A stretch of DNA of 43,666 nucleotides, from positions 1 through 43,666 of IMG/VR virus record IMGVR_UViG_3300045988_028451; one strand, written 5' to 3'. The translations under genes and the position numbers were made by a program. Numbering within the stretch: the first letter of the stretch is position 1; each line of letters starts with the position of its first letter. Origin of the DNA: a virus. Lineage: Duplodnaviria; Heunggongvirae; Uroviricota; Caudoviricetes. Below are positions 34,789 to 41,439 of this stretch, piece after piece. The notes beneath the pieces were generated by a model. It did no database searches and was not told where the DNA came from. It saw only the letters and a list, made by a program, of their open reading frames with translations.

Positions 34789-35036
34789 GAGAATAGTTAC
34801 GTTGCCGTTGTGATTCTTCGGGGAAGGTTGTGCCTTTATTCTTATTACTTGGTAACTAAAGGGCAGGCCTTAAGCCTGCCCACTAATCGTTACATTTTTA
34901 CGGTTGCGAATCTACGGCACATTAAGAAAATCAGATACTTAAGAGATATGCCGCCGATGAGAATATAGCTTGCCCAGGGCAACCGGAGATACTTAGGAAG
35001 GAAAGTTACGATAATTCTAATGTTCAGTAAGCCTGT

Positions 35037-35068
35037 GTTTAACCCTTTGCTTGACGCACGGGTTAAAC
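35037..35068. promoter_or_regulatory. perfect 9-bp inverted repeat GTTTAACCC-N14-GGGTTAAAC enclosing a TTGACG hexamer
   Basis: Arms at 35037-35045 and 35060-35068, read directly; upstream of HTH gene at 35220. Confidence 0.4.
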
Positions 35069-35219
35069 ATTCTTACAAGGTGAACAAGAATAAAAGTAAC
35101 TAAGATATAGAAGCACCTTAAACGAAGATTTCCATAATGTCAATAGGTGCGATTATGTTTGATTTCCCATTATTCGCAATGTATACTTGGTTTCGTTGAC
35201 TGATAATGAGGGTTTGAGA

Positions 35220-35390
35220 ATGACACAGAATGAGGTAGCTGAGCGTATTGGGGTTACTCGCCGCACGCTTAATAACTGGTTAAAGAGTGGGAAGTTCCCG
35301 GATTGTTGTATCCGCATTATGGGCCGCCGCCAGCCCGGTACGTTTGACCCAGAGAAAGTGGAAGCGTGGATTAAGGAGAACGTTAAATGA
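35220..35390 (+). CDS. small HTH DNA-binding protein (AlpA/excisionase-like fold, putative regulator)
   Basis: MTQNEVAERIGVTRRTLNNWLKSGKFP is a helix-turn-helix signature; GAGGG RBS (ORF track lists upstream start at 35187). Confidence 0.5.
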   Translation: MTQNEVAERIGVTRRTLNNWLKSGKFPDCCIRIMGRRQPGTFDPEKVEAWIKENVK

Positions 35391-35620
35391 CCGAGTTCCA
35401 GTCACGCGTATTTACGGCGGTCGTTTCGTTAACCCGCAAAAAAGGGTCGTGCAGCGTTATGGACTTGCGCCGTAGTTATTTTAAGTACTATAGTTCCGCC
35501 ATTATTGAAGGGTCGTTGAAGGTACTGGTTAAATCGGGTGTCGTGAAAAACGTTGGTGGGAAATATGGTGCTGTTGCTGAAGTTCGCGGAATGGCTGCTA
35601 CTTTAGAAGACCTGGAATAA
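35387..35620 (+). CDS. hypothetical protein
   Basis: ATGA overlap with upstream gene. Confidence 0.45.
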   Translation: MTEFQSRVFTAVVSLTRKKGSCSVMDLRRSYFKYYSSAIIEGSLKVLVKSGVVKNVGGKYGAVAEVRGMAATLEDLE

Positions 35621-35678
35621 AAGAAAGCCCCGACGCGGTGAACGCCGAGGCCAAATTACTTGCTGAAGGAAATACAAC

Positions 35679-37919
35679 ATGTCCGATGTAATTTTATCCT
35701 ACTCGTGGTCCCGTCGCAACGCGCGGGCGGAGAAAAAGGATATAAACGTCAGAACCACACATACGGCAACACTGGACGACCTGAAAGAGTTAATCCAGCC
35801 GCTTGATGTCGTTCGCGATGGGATTAACCCTAAGACCGCGCCCGGGTATATCACCGCTGCGTGCGACTCTACACACAGCACCGTAAAAGACCCGGAAACC
35901 GGTGACTTTAAGCAAGCGCGTAAAGGCTTCTTCTATCGCTGTGACGCGTCTGTAAGCAAATCGTCGCTGGCGTACCTGGACTTCGACAGCGCAACACCGG
36001 AAGAGTATCAGGAAGCTGTGCGCCTGGTTAAGCGCAGCCGCCTGGCTATGTGCCTCTACACCACGGCATCCCATACCGATGAGTCACCACGCTTTCGCGT
36101 CGTCATGCCGCTGGGCCGCCCGGTTGAAGGTGGAGACATCATCCGTGTTCGCCATGGATTGCTGGAACACTTCTTCAAAGGCATGGGCGCGGACCGCAGC
36201 GGTTTCACTCTGTCGCAGCCTATGTACCTGCCGCCGGTTGGCTCTACCGTTATCTGGTCGCGCCGAAACGACCTGATTGACCCGGAAGAGTTACTGGAAG
36301 GCATCCCGGATTACGAGGTGAGCAGCGCATCTGACTACCAGATACCAGAAGAACTGCGTACCGCGTTTACTGATGCGTTTGAGGCGCTGGCGTTTGAGTA
36401 CGGCGGTGTTATGACGCCCCGCGGCCTTAAGATGCCAGCTACGCCGGAACATGCAGAAAATTACAGCGACCCTACGCCGCGCCCGGACGACTTCCTGCTG
36501 TGCTTCCCGCGCGAGGGCTACGAAGCGCCGAACGTAACCATGATCCACGACACTGACATTACGGCAACCGAAGGCATGTCGCCGAAAGAGGTGTGGAAAT
36601 ATGCGTGTGATGCGACTGGTCTCCCGTTCAGTGAAGTCGCTGAGGCTATCGGCTGGGGCGCACGTGAATCTGTTTCATGCAGCCTCGACGACCTGGAAGA
36701 CGACGAGGACCCCGAGGAGGACGAGCTACCGGAACCGGTAAAGGCTGATTTCGTCGTAGAAGGGTATATGCCGTCAGATTGCATCTGGGATATTGTCGGG
36801 GAATCCGGCACGTACAAATCATTCTATACGCTGGGGATGATGTACCTGAGCGCCGCCGGATACCGGTTCGCCGGGGCGGACACCCAGCGTTGCCATCACT
36901 TCTATATCGACGGTGAGGGTGGCGCGGCTACACGCACACGTATTGACGCACTAGCGGCTAAATATGGTGAGGAAGGTAAAGATTATGTACATGTCATCGA
37001 CATGGGTGAAGTCGGAAAACTTAAAAACCTGATTAAGTTGATGCGTGAAACTGCGGGTGACGAACCCATCGGCATGGTTGCCTTCGACACCCTAAACCAG
37101 ACCCTGGCTTTGACGATTGATAAGTTCGACGAGAACAGTTCATCGACGGCAATCGGCATGGGTAAAGTCATTGCCATCCTGAAAGAAGTACGTGACGTGA
37201 CTAAAGCCGCAGTAGGCGTTGTCCATCATACGCCGAAGGGTGGGAAGAAAGCCCGCGGCAGTGGTGCGCTGTATGCTGGCGTCGACGTGGAACTGACAAT
37301 TGAACGCGCGACCGACCGTCAGATAAACGTATACCACTCTAAATTTAAGCACGGGCCCCAACAGAAAACGGTTGGCATGGTGCTGGAGTCGGTACAGTTC
37401 CGCGAAGCGCCACCGCCGAAAGAGTACCGTGCTGTTGAGTTCCTGGGTAGCACAGAGGAATACGGCACAATCGTAAACCTCGACCTGCCAGAACCACATA
37501 AGGCACTTGTGCTGATGCCGTGGGGCTTCGAGCCGTTCAAAACTGACGAGGAGAAAGAGCGGGAAGAAGGGCTGACGAAAGAAGGTAAAGAAAACGTAAA
37601 GAATGCTGTAAAACGCGGGAAGGATGAAGGGCGTAAGGAATCAATACTCGCCGCGCTGGAAGACCTGCAGCAGGCCGACGACACCGGACGCGGTTTTACC
37701 CAACGGCAGATAGTGGCGAACTCTGGCGACCACGCTATCACCAACCACCATCTCGAGAAGATGCTGAAAGACGGTGAGTTGATGCTTGGATGTGATGTTA
37801 ACGGTGAAGTTATACCGGGCACATACAGGATACCGGAAAAGATGGGCGACAGATTAAGACCGAAGACAATATACGAACCGAATGAAATGCTGGTGGTGAC
37901 AGAGGAGGATTTGGAGTAG
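35679..37919 (+). CDS. DNA primase/helicase (N-terminal primase-like domain, C-terminal RecA-like NTPase)
   Basis: 746 aa; Walker A GESGTYKS and RecA/DnaB-like NTPase core in the C-terminal half; acidic linker. Confidence 0.65.
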   Translation: MSDVILSYSWSRRNARAEKKDINVRTTHTATLDDLKELIQPLDVVRDGINPKTAPGYITAACDSTHSTVKDPETGDFKQARKGFFYRCDASVSKSSLAYLDFDSATPEEYQEAVRLVKRSRLAMCLYTTASHTDESPRFRVVMPLGRPVEGGDIIRVRHGLLEHFFKGMGADRSGFTLSQPMYLPPVGSTVIWSRRNDLIDPEELLEGIPDYEVSSASDYQIPEELRTAFTDAFEALAFEYGGVMTPRGLKMPATPEHAENYSDPTPRPDDFLLCFPREGYEAPNVTMIHDTDITATEGMSPKEVWKYACDATGLPFSEVAEAIGWGARESVSCSLDDLEDDEDPEEDELPEPVKADFVVEGYMPSDCIWDIVGESGTYKSFYTLGMMYLSAAGYRFAGADTQRCHHFYIDGEGGAATRTRIDALAAKYGEEGKDYVHVIDMGEVGKLKNLIKLMRETAGDEPIGMVAFDTLNQTLALTIDKFDENSSSTAIGMGKVIAILKEVRDVTKAAVGVVHHTPKGGKKARGSGALYAGVDVELTIERATDRQINVYHSKFKHGPQQKTVGMVLESVQFREAPPPKEYRAVEFLGSTEEYGTIVNLDLPEPHKALVLMPWGFEPFKTDEEKEREEGLTKEGKENVKNAVKRGKDEGRKESILAALEDLQQADDTGRGFTQRQIVANSGDHAITNHHLEKMLKDGELMLGCDVNGEVIPGTYRIPEKMGDRLRPKTIYEPNEMLVVTEEDLE

Positions 37920-37928
37920 GTAAAAAGA

Positions 37929-37947
37929 AAGGGGCATTAAGCCCCTT
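37929..37947. terminator. bidirectional terminator hairpin between convergent primase and HTH genes
   Basis: GGGGC-ATTAA-GCCCC; T-rich tract (TTTCTTTTTT) on minus strand. Confidence 0.5.
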
Positions 37948-38152
37948 CACCTAGCGCCAGCCACTTGGCGTCTACCTCCAGCACTTCCGCCAGTTTAAAC
38001 AGCGTTGCCGGGCGGACGTCCTGGGTTACCCCAAGTGCCAGCTGGTTAATTGCGCCCTGGGAAACCCCGGTCAGCACCGCCAGACGGCGCTGGGAGATGC
38101 CGAGTTCTTTACGGCGTTTTTCTACACGGATGCCTAGTTCAGATGGTTGCAT
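37937..38152 (-). CDS. XRE-family HTH regulator (Cro/CI-like)
   Basis: 71 aa with LGISQRRLAVLTGVSQGAINQLALG helix-turn-helix; divergent from operator-containing early promoters. Confidence 0.7.
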   Translation of the reverse strand: MQPSELGIRVEKRRKELGISQRRLAVLTGVSQGAINQLALGVTQDVRPATLFKLAEVLEVDAKWLALGEGA

Positions 38153-38172
38153 GACAATTACTCCTTAGTTAG

Positions 38173-38245
38173 TTGATATGTGAATAGTATCATATTAATT
38201 ATTTTAGAAAAGCCCATTGACATGTGAATAGTTCACTATTATAGT
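38173..38245 (+). promoter_or_regulatory. early promoter region with two operator copies (TTGATA... AATAGTATCATATT; TTGACA-N17-TATAGT with AATAGTTCACTATT)
   Basis: -35 TTGACA 38217-38222, -10 TATAGT 38240-38245, operator in spacer; second operator-like copy at 38183-38196; GAGAGGAGAG RBS and ATG at 38277. Confidence 0.5.
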
Positions 38246-38276
38246 TAGCCCATACCAAACGAGAGGAGAGAAACAA

Positions 38277-38777
38277 ATGTTAGAGAAATTCTTAGTATTA
38301 CTGGAACGTTTCGTAGTTGCACATGAACTGATTGCTGCGAATAGTGCGAAACAGTTCGCGCCAACTACTGCCAAAGAGGCTGCCGCAGTAGCCGCTCATA
38401 AAATTGAGCAGTTCTCTGAAAGTATTAAAGAAGAAACAAAAGAAATCCCGGTTGAAGGTGAAGACATCGTCGACACTAAACCGGCAGAAGAAGAGAAGCC
38501 AAAACGTAAGCCGCGTAAAGCTAAAGTAGAGGAACCGACGCCAGAGCCGGAGGAAGAGAAAGAAGAAGTCGATTACCAGTCTCTTCGTGACCATATTCAG
38601 GCTATCGACGATGCAATTAACGAAGGTCCGAGCGATGCCGCGTGCGACGATTCTGATGAACTGCTGGAAGAGTTCACCGGTAAGAAGATGAAGATTGCCG
38701 CGATTAAAGACGAAGACCTGGCTGAGTACCTGGAGCGCCTGACAGCAATCAAGAACAAGTATTTCGAAGAAGAATAA
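38277..38777 (+). CDS. highly acidic early protein
   Basis: 166 aa with long Glu/Asp-rich segments (EPTPEPEEEKEEVDY, DDSDELLEEF); first gene of the operator-controlled operon. Confidence 0.5.
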   Translation: MLEKFLVLLERFVVAHELIAANSAKQFAPTTAKEAAAVAAHKIEQFSESIKEETKEIPVEGEDIVDTKPAEEEKPKRKPRKAKVEEPTPEPEEEKEEVDYQSLRDHIQAIDDAINEGPSDAACDDSDELLEEFTGKKMKIAAIKDEDLAEYLERLTAIKNKYFEEE

Positions 38778-38784
38778 TTATCTC

Positions 38785-38803
38785 GCGGCCTTCGGGCCGC
38801 TTT
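38785..38803 (+). terminator. hairpin (possible partial terminator)
   Basis: GCGGCC-TTCG-GGCCGC followed by TTTAACT. Confidence 0.35.
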
Positions 38804-38820
38804 AACTGAGGGTCGTAATT

Positions 38821-39093
38821 ATGATTTACCAACTCTACCGCGCCGTTGACAGGCGGGATAACACAGAGGCGTTGTGGCTGTTGCGTGCGCCGTCAGGTGC
38901 GCACCAGATGGAAGAGATGGCGTACTTAGGCAAAGTACCGCGGGCTAAAGATATAGGCCGTCATGTGTCGCAGATTAAGCGCACGACTTTTGCCAAGCCT
39001 GACTTTTATGTCTTCGAGTCGATGTATGGATGGGCCATGCATTGCCAGCACCAGACCAGACATTTAATTGACCAGTGGGAGAGCAGGGTATGA
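38821..39093 (+). CDS. hypothetical protein
   Basis: ORF. Confidence 0.45.
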   Translation: MIYQLYRAVDRRDNTEALWLLRAPSGAHQMEEMAYLGKVPRAKDIGRHVSQIKRTTFAKPDFYVFESMYGWAMHCQHQTRHLIDQWESRV

Positions 39094-39222
39094 CGGATAA
39101 ATGGTGGCTTAATTTGCGCAGCGGTGACAAGGTTTACACCGTCGGTGACCGCAGAAAGAACAGCGGCGTAGCTACTCGGCAAAAAGTACATCCACATTGC
39201 GCATGAAGCCCGGGCGCTCCGC

Positions 39223-39426
39223 GTGAATAAATCTTCTGGTAGGCTTGAGGATTACCCGAAAACATTAATATACAAAAGTGAAAAGCATCACATGGCCGCT
39301 GTTGACGCAAGACGTCAGTTCGCAGGAATGTTGCAACAGTTAAGCGACTTACATCGCGATGATTCTTTCACCCCCTCAGAAGAACAGCTACAGGCATTAA
39401 ACTTGTATTTGGAGAGTTTACGATGA
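39223..39426 (+). CDS. hypothetical protein
   Basis: ORF; ATGA overlap with the following nuclease gene. Confidence 0.4.
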   Translation: MNKSSGRLEDYPKTLIYKSEKHHMAAVDARRQFAGMLQQLSDLHRDDSFTPSEEQLQALNLYLESLR

Positions 39427-40664
39427 TTCTAAAAGAACGCGGCGGCAATAACGATGTTCACGCCTTACTTTCGCCGTCAGGTGCTAAAAAATGGCTGTCA
39501 TGCGCTGCATCACTGGCCTGTGAAAAAGATATTCCTAACACGTCGGGTAAATCCGCCGTTACGGGGACAGCGTGCCACACCATAGCTGAAGTCCATCTCA
39601 ACGCCTATATCCGCGGCACTGCGTTGCCGTTAGAGCGTGAAGTTGGCGCTTACGTGCTGGATGAGGGTAAAGGCCAGATTAAGGCGCTAATCAGCCCGAT
39701 GAAAGGCGCGGTACTGATTACGGCGGACATGATTGAGCAGGTGCGAAAGTACACCGACTACTGCAAAGCGATTATAGACGTAGCGACTTATGCCAAGCTC
39801 GAGATGCGGGTAAATCTTACTGAGGTGTTGCATCCTGGTTACGAAGGCGTTGAGACGTTCGGAACCGCTGACCTTGTTGCCGTTCAGGAACTGGCTAACA
39901 CCGACGAGCACATGCTGATTATTGGCGACCTGAAAACCGGGCGGCATCGTGTAGAAGCGAAAGAAAACAAGCAGCTTATGCTCTACGCTCTAGGTGTTTA
40001 TCGCCGACTCAAGAGACGTTATAACATAACAACCGTTCGTCTGGTCATCTTTCAGCCATACGCTGGCGGCGCGTCGGAGTGGGACATCTCGGTTGAAGGT
40101 CTGGAACTGTTCGCTAAGTTTGCGCAGAAACGGGCGCTGTTAGCTCTTGATGCGTATTTCCGTGGTAAAAAGAACCTGAAAGCGTCGGACTTCAGGCCGT
40201 CTGTCGACGGTTGCCAATGGTGCCGTTTCTCAGAGCAGTGCGCCGCGCGTACAAAAACCGTCAACGCGGTGCTGGCGGAAGAACTGGAGGACGACTTTGC
40301 GCTGGAACTTACGCCGGAGGAACTCGTAGCTGAGTACGAGAAGTTGCCGTTGTTGCGCCAGCACATCGACAAGGTTGAGAAAGCTATGGCTGCCGCGTTG
40401 CATTCCGGTAAGAAAGTTCCTGGGTACAAGCTGGTTGAAGGTAAGATGGGCAATCGTGCGTGGAAAGACGCGGAGAAAGTAACAGAACTCTACGGCGACA
40501 AGCTGACTAAAGAAGTGCTCATGACGCCGACCGAAGCGGTTAAAGTTGTGCCGGAAGAAGAACTGAAAGACTTCATCACACGTAAACCAGGTGCCCCATG
40601 CATCACAACGGCAGACGACAAACGGCCTGAGTGGAATCAGGTTAGTGAAGAAGATTTGGAATAA
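39423..40664 (+). CDS. PD-(D/E)XK nuclease with C-terminal Cys cluster (Cas4/RecB-like exonuclease)
   Basis: GTADLVAV ... IGDLKTG nuclease core and C-terminal CQWCRFSEQC cluster. Confidence 0.7.
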   Translation: MILKERGGNNDVHALLSPSGAKKWLSCAASLACEKDIPNTSGKSAVTGTACHTIAEVHLNAYIRGTALPLEREVGAYVLDEGKGQIKALISPMKGAVLITADMIEQVRKYTDYCKAIIDVATYAKLEMRVNLTEVLHPGYEGVETFGTADLVAVQELANTDEHMLIIGDLKTGRHRVEAKENKQLMLYALGVYRRLKRRYNITTVRLVIFQPYAGGASEWDISVEGLELFAKFAQKRALLALDAYFRGKKNLKASDFRPSVDGCQWCRFSEQCAARTKTVNAVLAEELEDDFALELTPEELVAEYEKLPLLRQHIDKVEKAMAAALHSGKKVPGYKLVEGKMGNRAWKDAEKVTELYGDKLTKEVLMTPTEAVKVVPEEELKDFITRKPGAPCITTADDKRPEWNQVSEEDLE

Positions 40665-40668
40665 AGTG

Positions 40669-40697
40669 TTGACACCTGAATAGTTGGCTATTATAGT
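40669..40697 (+). promoter_or_regulatory. sigma70-like promoter (TTGACA-N17-TATAGT) with operator AATAGTTGGCTATT in the spacer
   Basis: -35 40669-40674, -10 40692-40697; GAGGA RBS and ATG at 40754 downstream. Confidence 0.55.
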
Positions 40698-40753
40698 TCT
40701 AATCACTGGCCGGGCAGCTTCCCGGAGTAAACTAAAAACTGAGGAATCGAGAT

Positions 40754-41380
40754 ATGGGTATTAAGCTGAATCTGCGTAAAGTAAACACTGCCTGGGTTAA
40801 CGTATTCGAACGCGAAAAAGACCGTGAAAACGACGATGGCTCCATCACTAAAGGCCAGTACAGCGCGACTATAATCCTGCCGTCTGACCATGCTCAAATC
40901 GATGCGCTATACGATACTGTTTACGCTGTGGTTGAAGAAGCGTTAGGTGCAGCCGCTGCCGAGAAGTGGATGAAGTCAAACTACGGCGAAGGTAAGCACA
41001 TGGATAAATGCGCGATTAAAGACATTGCCGAGCGAGACAATCCATTTGAAGACTTCCCGGAAGGCTTCTACTTCAAAGCGAAAGCACAAAAACAGCCGCT
41101 GATTGTAACCTCTAAAAAAGGCGAAACTCAGGTAGAGCAGGACTTCAATGTAGACGGCGAACAGATTGAAGGTGAACAGGTTTACAGTGGCTGCGTTGCT
41201 AACGTAAGCGTAGAAATCTGGTTCAGCCAGAAATATAAAGTCCTCGGTGTTAACCTGCTGGCAATTAAATACGTCGGCGAAGGTAAAGCGTTTGGTGGTT
41301 CTAAAGTTGCTGCAAGTGTTAGTGACCTGGAAGACGACGAAGAAGATGAAGCACCGCGCCGCGAACGTCGTCGCCGTTAA
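40754..41380 (+). CDS. single-stranded DNA-binding protein-like (acidic C-terminal tail)
   Basis: 208 aa with acidic C-terminal tail SDLEDDEEDEAPRRERRRR; immediately upstream of DNA polymerase. Confidence 0.5.
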   Translation: MGIKLNLRKVNTAWVNVFEREKDRENDDGSITKGQYSATIILPSDHAQIDALYDTVYAVVEEALGAAAAEKWMKSNYGEGKHMDKCAIKDIAERDNPFEDFPEGFYFKAKAQKQPLIVTSKKGETQVEQDFNVDGEQIEGEQVYSGCVANVSVEIWFSQKYKVLGVNLLAIKYVGEGKAFGGSKVAASVSDLEDDEEDEAPRRERRRR

Positions 41381-41400
41381 TCTCTGAATCAATTTAACTA

Positions 41401-41425
41401 AGGCCCTTCATTGGGCCTTTTTACT
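41401..41425 (+). terminator. hairpin between SSB-like and polymerase genes (possible attenuator)
   Basis: AGGCCC-TTCATT-GGGCCT followed by TTTTACT. Confidence 0.4.
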
Positions 41426-41439
41426 AAGGGTCGAAAATA

